In this document: piece by piece, positions 1-13,007 of the stretch
Position numbering within the stretch: the first letter of the stretch is position 1
Layout of the letters: the number at the start of each line of letters is the position of its first letter
DNA from: Phoronis australis
Taxonomy: Eukaryota > Animalia > Phoronida
Assembly (NCBI GenBank): GCA_002633005.1
Contig: NMRA01000173.1
Location: 154,534-218,533 of the forward strand
Length of the DNA stretch: 64,000 nt
Direction: 5' to 3'
Notes under the pieces: model-generated
Databases searched by the model: none
What the model saw: the letters and a program-made list of their open reading frames with translations, nothing else
What the model was told of the DNA's origin: nothing
Translations under genes and position numbers: made by a program

Positions 1-1574
1 ATGAAAACTTGGCCTTGACTTCGAGAAAACAACTTGAGGAGATGCGCATGCATCTAAACTACATCCTGTCCAAATTTCATGTTTGTATTTGAGAGTATAG
101 TGCTCTTTTGGATAGGAGGAACAAGAGGTACTTTTTCGAAAGTTGATCGCATGGCGGAAAATCGTGCGCTAAAAAAGCTCACAAAAAATGATTTATCAGC
201 GATAATTTGAGACAAAAAGATTACAAACTTACAAATAAAGACTAAGGTAACGATTTATAACACAAAATTGTCTTATAGTTAACTTTGAAGTCTAAAATCG
301 GGTAATTTACCGACGTGGGTTTTACACGGAGGCAGATATGGAGCACCGTGACCTACTTTTTGATTGTCCTTCCTACTCTATACGCCGAAAGCGTTTCTGC
401 GAATTATGCCTTGCACTGACTAAAACATCAAAGTCACATTGTTACAAATACCTTTTGCGCATAGAGCGACACCTTACGAGGTTGTCGATATGTTTAATTC
501 CTTCCAACTAACAAAATACTCCCGTTATCAACCCTTTTCTTCGAGCAGTCCCTCGTTCAGTTCCCAAAATCATGAAATCACCATTTTACACTGAGCACGC
601 TCCAATTTTTACCGCGCCTGCTAGGTGATATGACCTCAATCTTTTAAACAGGCCAATTGTGAGAAATTGTGGTCTTGTCAATCAAATGTTTGTTTCCAAA
701 ATGCCACGGCAATGTCTCAGCGGGCCGCCACTACGTGTCCTTAATTGACGTTACTTGAAACTGATCGTATTTAATAATTTTTTGTTTGTCTTTGATAAAA
801 ATAAATGTTGTTGTACGACATGTAGTCGTCTTTGTGCACATATTTGATATTTTAATGTTTAAAAGGTTTTAAGTTAGGGTTCGGATTATTCGTTTTTCGA
901 TGTTCGTTTGCAACAGGTAACGAACAAGTTTCTTGTTTTATGCACTTTATTCTAATGAATTATTACTAAACGTGTCTGTTCAGTGTCAGTTTCGCTCAAA
1001 ACATTATCTTACTATGGAGGCATCCTGTCCGAGATGCGACAAATTATGATTCGAAAACAGTTATAAATTTTACATAGACATGTTTTCCTTCATCGCGGCG
1101 TATGGCAAGGACCCAACGCTTCCGAATCCCAACGTCCTTAGGGATTGTAAAACAGAGTGTCCGTATTTTTTCTAGCTGTTCGAGCAACGCGGAGTACAAC
1201 TACACGAATAAGCCACCAGAGCTATCCTAGCAAGCCTCGTTTTGGAACGCGCCTCCTGTCGGCGTGAATAGGGTCTATGTCAGAAATGAGAAATTTACTG
1301 CGCAAAAAGTACTTTCTTAGCGCATTTTCAACATTCCATGGGCCTTACCCACAAAAAGTTCCATTCCCACATCCCTAAATGCCATATACACTAGCAAAAT
1401 AGTTTTTATCCAGTGACTTTGGTCCTGGTCCATGTGAGGAATCTGGCCCCCTCGTATGGAATTTTGTTGATTTGGTGATGATACTCATATTCAAAGTGTT
1501 GTGTTTAGGAACGTAAAATATTGTGTCCAAATACTACTCTCTTCCATTTCAGTTATCTCCACACCAATAGAAAC

Positions 1575-1734
1575 ATGGCCGGCAGACCACCCCCCTCCGC
1601 TGACAGTGACTACTACATCAGAAATAATAATCCTGCTTTGCTGGAATCGCGAGTATTTATTGGCAATTTGCCAACATTGCAGATGGATAAAAAAAATTTG
1701 GAAGATATGTTCAAAAAATATGGAAAAATTCTAG
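1575..1734 (+). CDS. NCOA5: NCOA5/Neosin-like, coding exon 1 (start of RRM)
   Basis: ATG at 1575 reads MAGRPPPSADSDYYIRNNNPALLESRVFIGNLPTLQMDKKNLEDMFKKYGKIL. RVFIGNL is an hnRNPC-like RNP2. Acceptor ag at 1551-1552 upstream; donor gtaaga at 1735, phase 1. Confidence 0.9.
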
Positions 1735-1885
1735 GTAAGACTGTGTTGTGGGAAACTACTGGGTAAGACTGTGTTGGAAACTACTGGGTAGGGATATGTT
1801 GTGGGAAACTACTCGACAAGGCTGTGCTGTGGGAAACTACTGGGTAAGGCTATGTTGTGGGAAACTACTAGGTAACACTATGTTT
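1735..1885. repeat. Minisatellite, ~25-28 bp unit, ~5 copies, starting at a splice donor
   Basis: Unit GTAAGACTGTGTTGTGGGAAACTACTGG. Confidence 0.85.
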
Positions 1886-2088
1886 TCTTGGTGAACTGTT
1901 GTTCCCAAGATCTTTTGCAAAGAGTGTTTGAATTGTCTATTCATTGTAAGAGCCTCTTCTTTCATGGAAATTGAAAATCCCAGACTGCTCGTCTTGAAAT
2001 GGACTTTTTGTTTACTTGGTTGATACTATGTAGTAATCACATTATATATTCCCATACAATTTCATCTGATATTTTAATTGTCTACTAA

Positions 2089-2327
2089 TTCTTATGCGCC
2101 CACATAATTATATGTGGACACATTATGCCGTCATCTCCGTCCGTGTGTCCGGCATCTGCTGCTCTATCTCCAAAACGCCTTGACATATGTTCATGAAATT
2201 TTGCACGTGTTCCTTCCGTGGAAGGGGTGGCATGAGCGAACTTTTGGACGGATCCGACTTCCAGTGTACCCCCTATTGGCAATTTTATTTTTTATGTTTA
2301 CCTCTGTATCTTCAAAGGTCCTCAATG
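2089..2327 (+). mobile_element. HINE-like element, 5' part
   Basis: Diverged copy of 54498-54745; truncated where the next element begins. Confidence 0.75.
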
Positions 2328-2329
2328 TA

Positions 2330-4467
2330 CTGTACTCGTCCGGGTCACCGCCCTGGGCGTTTAAATTGGGAATCTAAAAAAACAAGGAGTGGGCGGTAAG
2401 CCTAGCATGGACGGTTAAAATCGAAATTTTAGAAAAGTCAGGAGTGAGTGCTTACTGCACGGAGGACCGATTTTACCTTCACGGAGCTACGCTGATGTCG
2501 GACATCAAGCATAGCAGTTCAAATATACGTCGGCGTATTGAAGTAACGGACTTTGGCTCCTTGAAGTGGAATAGCGCACACGTGATACAGTGGCGTCATG
2601 ATACCGAGCGTGATTGCTTTTTTACATACCTCCGTCGCTGCTCGTCATCTCTTAGAACTAAGGTATTCCTACAGGTAGGCGTGCGTTCAGAGAAGCAAGT
2701 TTCTTGAGATAAAAAGCAGATCAAGCAAGACTCCGCTATTGCGCTGCGTATTTATAAGGGAAGCACCTGATTTTGTAGATATGTTCTCCGCTTAACACTC
2801 TGGCAACCAAAACACGTGCTAATGATTGACAGGTCTCAGTTCTTTTAGGAACATTAATATGCTTTGAACCTTGTTTGAAAACTTAAACATTTTATATACA
2901 TTTCTTTCTCAGTTGTTCAAAGCATGTGCTCAACAATCGCACGATACTATTATTAGGCAGTAGGGGTGCTAGATCGGCTGCAAAAATATTGAAGCAAAAA
3001 CACTTCATGTAAAAAGACAGAAAAAGCAAGAGTTCAAAAAAAAAAATTTTTGACCACGTGGATCTGGATAGAATGTTCGACTTGCGCTTAATGGCAAGTT
3101 GATTTCTTGCGCTGTTGCTTTTGGTTGGGCGCTTCCATTTTGGTTGGGCGCTTCCATTTTGGTTGTGCGCTTCTATTTTAGTGTTGGGAGTGAGTCATTA
3201 AAAGCATGCATTTAACCAAGGCAGGGAATGCGCGACAAGTTGGCTTGTCACAATGACCCGTGTCTGCTTGTATTCAAAACAATACGTCCAAAATAATGTC
3301 GGTGTGCTCGTTTTTTTTTTATTTCATTGCTCAGGGTGGTAATATTTCGTGTACTGTCACGGCACTCACGGCCAAAAAGGTATGCCACGGACTTTAAATT
3401 CCTGTCAAGTACTGCTTTGCTGGTTCTTCCACGGCAATGAAATAAATTTGACAAGCTCCGTCTCAGTGATCAGTAAACGCTGACACGAGTTCCGCGCGTG
3501 AGCCTAAGGAAATAATTGTTTCTCCTTCAGCAAAGTGCATGAGAATACGGGTATTTTACCGCCATAGTAAGGCAAGGTCACATTTATACATGGGGGCTGA
3601 CACAAGAAATAGTAAAGAAGAGTCAGCGACATTAGTTAAATCTGCCAACGCCAGTTTGACTAAGATGCGATGAGCGAAAAAACAAAATTTGACTCGCAGT
3701 TTTTATTAGCCCAAGATAATACACAAACATACATTATTGTCAACCTTTGAATTCAGAAATCGATAGGCAGCAACGAAATTGGTAACCCGTAAGGCACTTG
3801 TACTGTCCCTTCGGTCGCCACACATCTTCTATAACCCGGCAGTTACATTCATCAAAATATTGAGAATTTGACATCTTTCCGTGAGTTGTGAAATTTCTTC
3901 AAAATACGAGAGCTTCCCACCTTAATAGAATTTGGAGGGTTGGCAAAACCATTGTCACATTCCTCTGGCCTGATTTTTTCGAATATTTGTTTTATGTAGT
4001 GCACTGCAGACGGAAACACAGCGCGGCAGACAAAGTCGCTGAAAGCGGAGGTTTTGACGCTGGCGGCGTTCTTAAACTTTGCAAACATGGGAAGAAAATT
4101 AAGTGACAAAAACGTTCAAGTATTATATTTAGAAGTGAGTCCATGACCCTAGACAATAACTCGTTTCTTGTATTGTAATTCACATTGCTAAACCACCGTC
4201 TCGGAGGCCTGGCGTCGTTGCGCTCATTGTGATCATCGATTTTTTTTCTGAAAGTCAGGAATCGCGCATTTCCTTAGCACTGGGGCTAAATCTTCGATCT
4301 TTCAAACTCGGGGATGGGCACTTAACTGAGAGGTGGGTGCTTAACTGGAAATTTTCAAAAATCGCAGGGGGGCACTTAACTGAGCAGTGGGCGGTTAAAT
4401 CGAAAATCCACCTAAAGTAGGGGGTGAGCGGTTAACTGAGCATGGGCGTTAACCTGAATGTTTACGG
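2330..4467. mobile_element. Putative non-autonomous Tc1/mariner-type element (~2.1 kb)
   Basis: TA-flanked ends CTGTACTCGTCCGGGTCACCGCCC and reverse-complement CCGTAAACATTCAGGTTAACGCCC form an imperfect TIR; subterminal GGGCGG..AA repeats occur at both ends. Confidence 0.5.
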
Positions 4468-5152
4468 TATTTTGCAACCCACCACCTATAATTTTAATTA
4501 GGTTGAAACATAAAATGCAACCACTCGCAATGTTTTTATATTATGCTTGAATTATACGTGGTAATGTACATGTTATTTTTTATAGATATTTTCGGTCTTC
4601 GGTGTTCCGTGAGCTGACAATGGTCCAGTACACAATATCAGTTCACTCCCAGGCAAGGAATAAAAATTCCAGTGAATAGTGATTAATGAACAAGAATGTT
4701 GGTATGCTCCCTTCATGTGCATTACAAATGGCAGATACTAGGGGTGCTCGTTATTTCAAAATTCCTACAAGAAACAAATTGCCTGTAGGTCACACATGAT
4801 CTGTTTAGTACTTAAATGATAAACGGACAAGAACTAGCTGTCTTGTCGAACGTTGTCAAAAACTGAAGTGGCCAAGAGGGTAGTCGAATCAAAACGAAAA
4901 TTGACTGCTGTCAACACTTCCATCCCGGCCAAATTTCATCCAGTTGTGCCTAGCGATTTTTGAGATAATCAACCTGTCTCGTCAAAAAGTAGAATGGCCA
5001 ACAGGGGGTGCTATGGTAGCCAAATGTGTCCGAAAATTGACTGGTGCAACATGAGCCTGTATTGTTGTCTTTGGAAAATTTTGGGTATATGTCAGGTGAA
5101 TTTTTGGTGTTTTGAAGTTTTTTCAGAGGGTATCAAGATCAGTGTTTGGCTG

Positions 5153-5560
5153 AAAATACCCACATGTCAACAATTAGGGGACAAAATACCCACATGTCAA
5201 CAATTAGGGGACAAAATACCCACATGTCAACAATTAGGGGACAAAATACCCACATGTCAACAATTAGGGGACAAAATACCCACATGTCAACAATTAGGGG
5301 ACAAAATACCCACATGTCAACAATTAGGGGACAAAATACCCACATGTCAACAATTAGGGGACAAAATACCCACATGTCAACAATTAGGGGACAAAATACC
5401 CACATGTCAACAATTAGGGGACAAAATACCCACATGTCAACAATTAGGGGACAAAATACCCACATGTCAACAATTAGGGGACAAAATACCCACATGTCAA
5501 CAATTAGGGGACAAAATACCCACATGTCAACAATTAGGGGACAAAATACCCACATGTCAA
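5153..5560. repeat. Perfect 30-bp minisatellite, at least 13 copies, runs into gap
   Basis: Unit AAAATACCCACATGTCAACAATTAGGGGAC. Confidence 0.97.
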
Positions 5561-6185
5561 NNNNNNNNNNNNNNNNNNNNNNNNNNNNNNNNNNNNNNNN
5601 NNNNNNNNNNNNNNNNNNNNNNNNNNNNNNNNNNNNNNNNNNNNNNNNNNNNNNNNNNNNNNNNNNNNNNNNNNNNNNNNNNNNNNNNNNNNNNNNNNNN
5701 NNNNNNNNNNNNNNNNNNNNNNNNNNNNNNNNNNNNNNNNNNNNNNNNNNNNNNNNNNNNNNNNNNNNNNNNNNNNNNNNNNNNNNNNNNNNNNNNNNNN
5801 NNNNNNNNNNNNNNNNNNNNNNNNNNNNNNNNNNNNNNNNNNNNNNNNNNNNNNNNNNNNNNNNNNNNNNNNNNNNNNNNNNNNNNNNNNNNNNNNNNNN
5901 NNNNNNNNNNNNNNNNNNNNNNNNNNNNNNNNNNNNNNNNNNNNNNNNNNNNNNNNNNNNNNNNNNNNNNNNNNNNNNNNNNNNNNNNNNNNNNNNNNNN
6001 NNNNNNNNNNNNNNNNNNNNNNNNNNNNNNNNNNNNNNNNNNNNNNNNNNNNNNNNNNNNNNNNNNNNNNNNNNNNNNNNNNNNNNNNNNNNNNNNNNNN
6101 NNNNNNNNNNNNNNNNNNNNNNNNNNNNNNNNNNNNNNNNNNNNNNNNNNNNNNNNNNNNNNNNNNNNNNNNNNNNNNNNNNNNN

Positions 6186-6576
6186 TCTAGTGGCAATTTT
6201 AGTATTTTACATTGACCTCTGTATTTTCATAGGTCTTCAGGTGTATACTTTGTGTTACTTCGTGACTGTGAAGGAAAAGTTCCAAGTAGAAATTTGTTTC
6301 TGGCATTCTAATGCTGTGCTAATCTCGTATGTTGGTAAATTTGTTTTTAATTCTATGTTTCTGTGGTGCTTTAAGCAACTGGTGTATAGGATGTGCTTGT
6401 ATTATGAAGATTACTCACATTTTGCCCCTAGCCTATTGAGGAGACAATGACCATGCTTTTCCATTTTGCAAAGTATGCCCTCTACTGGCCACTTTATGGT
6501 ACCAATAAACAACCCTAGAAGGATACCGTATGCGGTGCAATTGTGGGCGCATTTCAACGCTCCGCGTTGCTCTTGT
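6186..6576 (+). mobile_element. HINE-like element, 3' part
   Basis: 6385-6576 aligns with 55245-55452, including the subterminal repeat, hairpin and CTCTTGT end. Confidence 0.8.
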
Positions 6577-7206
6577 TTGTTTTTGCATGCTCCTATGTTA
6601 ATATCTATCAGGAAATAAATGACCATGCTATTTGAACATCGTCTATGCTTAGCAAAGTGCAGTTGTCTTCATTGAGAACTTGTAAGTTTGGAAATAAAAA
6701 ATCTGCAAATAGGTGACCTTTGCACTAATGACGTACCGTGTGGGCTCATATAACCCACATCATTTAGTGTCATTCCCCAACACCACATCACGATACTTTC
6801 GAGATCATATTCGACATAAAACTCGTTCTTAAAAACATTTGGTGGCAAATTTCAACCTGCTTCATATTCACATCGTCGCTATATGTTGTGGTTCTAACTA
6901 ATTTGACCAGGCAATCACAAAGATAAGGAATCTGTGTGCAAGTTCACTTAAACAACACAGTGGTCTTGCCTTCAGACTTAGCTGAACATTAACAACACAA
7001 TGGCCTTCCCGTCATTACAATTGACTGTGTTCCATCATTACAACTGTGCTCAACTTTAATCCTGGTGAGAAATGAGAACATTGCCATGTATGTTAAGCTA
7101 AGGTTCAGATTGCAACATCAACTGTTGTAAGAATGTGCTGCTCCACTGCAGTGTGCTGCGCTGTTTGTTTTAACACTATAGTGTATCCAAGTGACACTCT
7201 TTGCAG

Positions 7207-7314
7207 CCGTCTCCTTGCACAAAGGGTTTGGCTTTGCCCAGTTTGAAAGAGAGAAAGATGCTAGGGAGGCAGTGGAGGGAGAAAAGGGTAAAGTGCTGCA
7301 CGGCTATCGCATAG
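7207..7314 (+). CDS. NCOA5: NCOA5-like coding exon 2 (RRM RNP1)
   Basis: ttgcag acceptor; reads AVSLHKGFGFAQFEREKDAREAVEGEKGKVLHGYRI; gtaagt donor; 108 bp, phase 1 to 1. Confidence 0.92.
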   Translation, partial: PSPCTKGLALPSLKERKMLGRQWREKRVKCCTAIA

Positions 7315-7627
7315 GTAAGTGCCTACCTTCACTTGAGTAATGTCCATAGCTAAGTGTGTACCTTCACTTGAGTAATGTCCATAGCTAAGTGTGTACCTTC
7401 ACTTGAGTAATGTCCATAGCTAAGTGTGTACCTTCACTTCAGTAATGTCCATAGCTAAGTGTGTACCTTCACTTCAGTAATGTCCATAGCTAAGTGTATA
7501 CCTTCACTTCAGTAATGTCCATAGCTAAGTGTGTACCTTCACTTCAACAATGTCCATAGCTAATTGTGTACCTTCACTTCAGTAATGTCCATAGCTAAGT
7601 GCGTACCTTCACTTCAGTAATGTCCAT
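7311..7627. repeat. 35-bp minisatellite, ~9 copies, starting at a splice donor
   Basis: Unit ATAGCTAAGTGTGTACCTTCACTTCAGTAATGTCC. Confidence 0.95.
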
Positions 7628-8298
7628 ATTTGGCAGGGCTAATCGCTAGCAACGTCTTAGGAACTACTTCAAGACGTGACATCTGCTAATTTTCTACTAA
7701 GTTGTGGACATTTTGTCCACGAGAGGGTGTCCCGTACATTCAGGTGCCGAGGCTGTGTGTCAGATTTGTCTGTAGTTATGCTGTACACATCAGTCTTTGT
7801 GTTAGTGATGTTGTAACATTGAGTCTTGGGCACTTGGTGGAATTAGAAAGTTTGAAGCATTTTCAAATTTGTTTGAGTCCCAATGTATGACACATTCATA
7901 ATTCCATTCATGTTGAAAACATTAAATAAGTTTAAAGTGTTATTTTAAGTGATAAGCAGGCAAAAAAGATGAAACTGGCTTGTCTAGAAATTTGAAAAGT
8001 CGGTTTCCGTGTATGAGGCCATGAACACTGTATCTTTGCATAGTTAGTTTAATTATATTTTATTGTCAAGTCATTGAACTGAATGTGAAATATGGTCGAC
8101 TCCCCTCCCCCCCAACAGTTTTGGGTGTAGGGAGAACCTATCCCCATTTATGAATGGACATACTTCTCTTCATTATCCTCTTTAAAAGTGATGTTTATCA
8201 AGAATTCTGCGCATGATCTCGCCTCAACATTTTGCATGAAACATATATAGCATAATGCTTTAGACTCGCCTTTTGATAAAGCACTTGTTTATATACAG

Positions 8299-8362
8299 AT
8301 GTCAAGATGGCTGCTGAAGGAAGACGCAGTAACAAGGAGAGAGAGGAGCCCCCTCTTAAAAG
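8299..8362 (+). CDS. NCOA5: NCOA5-like coding exon 3 (end of RRM)
   Basis: tacag acceptor; reads DVKMAAEGRRSNKEREEPPLK; gtaatg donor; phase 1 to 2. Confidence 0.85.
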
Positions 8363-9485
8363 GTAATGTGATGCAGCGAACTTCAATCTGAAGGTGAACT
8401 AATCAAGAAATGGCAGCTATCTACATTATGATCGTGAATTCACCTCATTTGAATAATATATGTACAACGTGGCTATAAATCCACCTTCGGTCATTGAAGA
8501 AGCTATCATTTGAAATGGACCATTTAGCAGTTTGAAATTGGTATCAACTTGTTCCTTGCTCAAATAAGGAATGAGTTTTGTGGTTATAGCAAATGAGTGA
8601 CAGTGTAATGGTGCAGTAAGACTGTGCTTGTTACATAAGGGATGAGTTTTAACAATCCAACTTATTTTTCCGACAAATGCAATTAGGCCACTCCCGCCAC
8701 AGTTACTGTTGCTAAGTCCCACTTGGGTGAAGCAAAATTTGCGAGCGTATTGCAACAAGTTCTTTTCCATTTGTTCCTGAGGTTGTTTCTCTGAAACTAT
8801 TACTGTTGAAGAATTTCAAAGCTACATCGGGGAATATTAACCTTACAGAGCTACATCGGGGAATATTAACCTTACAGAGCTACATCGAGGAATATTAACA
8901 TTACTGAGAACAGCACATTCAGAGTTACAAGTCTTTTAATCGATCTCGTTTACTAAACTGTTTATGTCAGATGAGCTTCAATCAGTTGTAAGGTCGAGTC
9001 AAAACAGGTTGGCACCAGGACTGCCCTCAAAATAACTGCTGTGCGCTGCACTTTATTTCTGTTCTCCATAAATACTTGATCTTCTCTATAGGTGTCTGTA
9101 ACTCATCGCAAAACTGTATTTCAGCTTTTGTTAGAAAATACTGTACAGTTTGCAAATGTCACTGATCTTAATAAGTTTTACTTTAATGTTGTATTTGTTT
9201 ACTAGCTGATAGCTTTTCATTGACATGATCCATGATGTCAGGCTTGTAATGATGTAATTGGTTTACATTAGAATAATTTAAGATGCTAAAATATAGTTTA
9301 TTAGTGATCAATCTAGAGCCATAGTCTGGAACGTTCTAGGGCCTAGTGTGCTTGAATTGGTGAAATGTTCCAGAACATTGTAAGAGACTATGAATACAAA
9401 GGCACAGATAGTTTAGTCAGTTGAGTCAAATTAAAGTTGCAATTGAGTAGCTATTACAGAATGAGCAGTCACACCGTTAGCAGTT

Positions 9486-9690
9486 ACAGCGTTAGTCAAT
9501 AGAGAGCCAGCTATAGAGACGGCGTTAGTCAATAGAGAGCCAGCTATAGAGACAGCGTTAGTCAATAGAGAGCCAGCTGTAGAGACGGCATTAGTCAATA
9601 GAGAGCCAGCTGTAGAGACGGCGTTAGTCAATAGAGAGCCAGCTATAGCTAGAGACGGCGTTAGTCAATAGAGAGCCAGCTATAGAGAAA
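9486..9690. repeat. 33-bp minisatellite, ~6 copies
   Basis: Unit GTTAGTCAATAGAGAGCCAGCTATAGAGACGGC. Confidence 0.93.
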
Positions 9691-10341
9691 GCAGGTTATT
9701 GAATCAACGAGTTGAACAGTTGCTGGAAGTTTTTCAGAAGTTCATCACAAGCCAAACTTCGCAGCACTGGCTGGAGCATAGAACAGACATTACGTCGGAC
9801 ATTTTGTATGTGTAGACTTGTAAAAGTACGGTCTATATTAATCAACTGAAATTAACTCAAACCAATCCTTAGTCCATCATCGCACCCTATTAGCACCGGT
9901 CGGTAACAACCTGAGCCCACCCATACATGGGAAAAATGTGACAGTGAATTAAAAGATGGAGGATAGTCATTGTGTTTACATTTCCCTTGATCTTCATTGT
10001 CTGGAATTGAAAGTTTTATTGTCATGTTGGAAGTCTCCATTGAGCCTGTTCTCGAGCAATAACCAACTCTCACTTCTCCTCAAGCCCATCTAAAATCTGA
10101 GTATGATTCAGTTAAGACCCTAACGACATGTGACCTAATTCAGAACTTAGTTTAAAGCACTCTGATTTTAATTTATTGTTACTTTCACATTCAGACTCGG
10201 ACAATGAATTTAGGACCCCAGATGGCAGGGAGCCTGGATGCTTCAGTCTACTGCAATCTAGAGCTGCTATCTATTTGCTTCTGGTTACTGAACAATGTAG
10301 CGTGTCATATTAAATGTAAATGTACTTTTGTTTGTCTGTAG

Positions 10342-10395
10342 AATGGCTCTTCCCAGAGATCGTTCACCCCCACCAGAGAGAAGAGACACTTACAG
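10342..10395 (+). CDS. NCOA5: NCOA5-like coding exon 4 (R/D/P-rich)
   Basis: ctgtag acceptor; reads RMALPRDRSPPPERRDTY; gtacag donor; 54 bp, phase 2 to 2. Confidence 0.8.
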
Positions 10396-10631
10396 GTACA
10401 GTACACATACCAATAAGTTATTTATTCACAAACTGCCCCAAGAGTGTAATTATTTTATATGTCTGTAGAACTTGGTGTCTTTGGTCTATGTAATGCTGTA
10501 GCAGAGTGTTTAGACTCACGCCACCATGTGGCCTTGAACGGTTTTATGGGTCTAGGTTTGTCGTGCCTAGAGTGCCAAAACTGGGAAAGCAAATTTGCAT
10601 GGGTCAGTATTTTCTGATTCCATTTGACTCC

Positions 10632-10860
10632 GTGTGCCTCGGACATACCCACACTGCTTTCCAGCTTCTGTCATATACCCAAGACTTGTGTGCCTCGTAC
10701 ACACCCACACAGCTTTCCTGCCACTGTCATATACCCAAGACTTGTGTGCCTTGTACATACCCACACAGCTTTCCTGCCACTGTCATATACCCAAGACTTG
10801 TGTGCCTTGTACATACCCACACAGCTTTCCTGCCACTGTCACATACCCAAGACTTGTGGC
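10632..10860. repeat. ~53-bp minisatellite, ~4 copies
   Basis: Unit ...CATACCCACACAGCTTTCCTGCCACTGTCATATACCCAAGACTTGTGTGCC... Confidence 0.9.
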
Positions 10861-11518
10861 CTCGTCACGTACCCACGACATACGTGATGTCGTCGTGTGC
10901 CCAGTGCTGCGTAGCATGTGTACATGTTTGTAGTGAGTGTCCCTAGCTGTGGCATTGTAGACAAACTCCATGTTGGTACCTTGGATATGCCAAACTCAAG
11001 CACTTGTTTAGCTACCAGTCATCTCTTTGTCCTGATGGCTAGTTGTGATACACAGCTGTACCTTTGCACTCTTATTCAACATCTGCTTTCAACTTAATCT
11101 GAACCCTCTCACCTTTGTGAGCTTCGAAATTGAAAATATGTCTATGGTTGTGTAATTGTTTTATTGGGAGAAGAGTAATCAACTTTGTGTAAGTCTGGTG
11201 TTATCCACTTAAATGAAGTACCTACTGAATATTTGAGATCTGGACCAGTTTTGAAATTTTGCCCAGTTTGGATATTTAGGTACTGATAAGATGTGCACAT
11301 TAGTACAGCAATGTAAGTCTAAAGAATTTAAAGTGCTGGTTGTGCTACTTTTCCAAATATTAGATTACTTAGTTATTTGTGGGACCTCTGGTCTTACTAA
11401 AATGGTAATTTGTCTTCCAACCTAAAATCTCACAAAATCATATAACTGAATGTCTGACCTTTTCATGCTTTCATGTGTTGGTTGTGCTCTGAAAACAATC
11501 TACAATATTGTGTTGCAG

Positions 11519-11605
11519 ACGTGATTCCCCTGACGACAGTTACAGAAGGCCCCCTCCTCACCCCGATGATCGCTACCCCCCGCCCCCAAGGGCTGATCCT
11601 TACCG
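11519..11605 (+). CDS. NCOA5: NCOA5-like coding exon 5 (R/D/P-rich)
   Basis: ttgcag acceptor; reads RRDSPDDSYRRPPPHPDDRYPPPPRADPY; gtatgt donor; 87 bp, phase 2 to 2. Confidence 0.85.
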
Positions 11606-11862
11606 GTATGTTACCTTGTCAACCCAGGCTCAGTACCTTGTTGATTAGTGACAATAGTCACAGCTGAATGCGTACACACAGGCATTTCAAGCTCTGGACA
11701 TCATAGTAATACACAGCACAACTGGAATATTTACTGCACTTGCTTTTGTTGGGAAATTTGCACTTTCCATTAAAGGTTTTTACTTAACAGATTTCGACAG
11801 TTCTGTCCACCTGTATTATGATTATAGTAAAACTCAATTGTTTGTGACATTTCTTCCTACAG

Positions 11863-11985
11863 TCGTGAGCGTGATCCCTATGTTGGTGACCGTCGACACT
11901 CCTTTGAAGACCCATATGCACCAGCTCCTGTGCCGTTTGTGCCGCCATTTGACTGTACCATAGTCAGCATGTCAAAAAATCAAAG
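11863..11985 (+). CDS. NCOA5: NCOA5-like coding exon 6
   Basis: cctacag acceptor; reads RRERDPYVGDRRHSFEDPYAPAPVPFVPPFDCTIVSMSKNQ; gtaggt donor. DCTIV..KNQ resembles the start of the NCOA5 core domain. Confidence 0.87.
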
Positions 11986-12062
11986 GTAGGTCTCTTTGTT
12001 CATGTCTGTCAGGTATGTGTCATATAAGTTTACAGCTCTTGTTTATACACTCACTCCATTTA

Positions 12063-12278
12063 TTGTGTACAACAGGTTGTATGCAACTTGTGTTGTGTAC
12101 AACAGGCTGTATGCAACTTGTGTTGTGTACAACAGGCTGTATGCAACTTGTGTTGTGTACAACAGGCTGTATGCAACTTGTGTTGTGTACAACAGGCTGT
12201 ATGCAACTTGTGTTGTGTACAACAGGCTGTATACAACTTGTGTTGTGAACAACAGGCTGTATACAACTTGTGTTGTGC
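12063..12278. repeat. 30-bp minisatellite, ~7 copies
   Basis: Unit TTGTGTACAACAGGCTGTATGCAACTTGTG. Confidence 0.95.
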
Positions 12279-12548
12279 AAGTAATTGTATACAACTTTCT
12301 ACTCGAAATCAAACTCGTGATTATTTTTGACACTTTCCTTTCTACTTTTTTGCAAACTCAATATAAGTGTGTATTCATCTGTGCTCAAGTACATTATGGT
12401 TTATGTGAATGAGTATCTAGTTCAAGTTCACTCTTGTCCACCTCTAGATTTGAACTAAAAGTAAAGAATATTAATTACGGGAAGTTTTCAAATTCCATGT
12501 TTTGTCTTATGTCTTTGTCACTGCACTGTTCTCCCATCGGGTGTCTTT

Positions 12549-12665
12549 GAGGGTAGTACGGTCTGCCGAGGGTAGTACGGTCTGCCGAGGGTAGTACGGT
12601 CTGCCGAGGGTAGTACGGTCTGCCGAGGGTAGTACGGTCTGCCGAGGATAATACAGTCTGCTGAG
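12549..12665. repeat. 19-bp minisatellite, ~6 copies
   Basis: Unit GAGGGTAGTACGGTCTGCC. Confidence 0.93.
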
Positions 12666-13007
12666 TCTGTTCGCCTATTGTCTTATCATCGGATGTATTT
12701 GCTTGTTAATATGGTTTGTTTCTCTGATGCATCTAGAATAGTCATTCTTTTTAATATGGGCTTGCGCCTCTTTGATGCGTCTTGAGTAGTCATTCCTTTC
12801 TCTATGGAAAGCTTGAGCCTCTGACCAATACTTAATGTGATTGTTGGAGTAAACATGTCTGTGGTATCTATTGTTACTTTCTAGGGTATTGGATTGAAAT
12901 TATCAACCATTAGTACTCAGAAACCCAGATGAAAATATTTTGAAACACTTGCAAATTGATTCCATGTTAGTGATATCCATATTGCTGTGTTGACTTGGTG
13001 TGTTCAG

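Noticed and set aside
860-916. Possible non-coding first exon of NCOA5 (cag|gtaacg at 917)
   Set aside because: An upstream exon is implied by the acceptor at 1551-1552, but its position cannot be fixed without transcript data.
5153-5560. CRISPR-like array or repeat-protein ORFs (KIPTCQQLGD)n
   Set aside because: Head-to-tail perfect repeats with no spacers and no cas genes, in a eukaryotic intron. The ORFs arise because the 30-bp unit lacks stops in those frames.
4994-6450. Long ORFs spanning N gaps (also 44209-45133, 52692-53531, 54641-55278)
   Set aside because: Their length comes from runs of X translated from assembly gaps.
11996-12412. Cys-rich repetitive ORFs on both strands (keratin-associated or metallothionein look-alikes)
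   Set aside because: Translations of a 30-bp intronic minisatellite that is open in several frames; no splice support.
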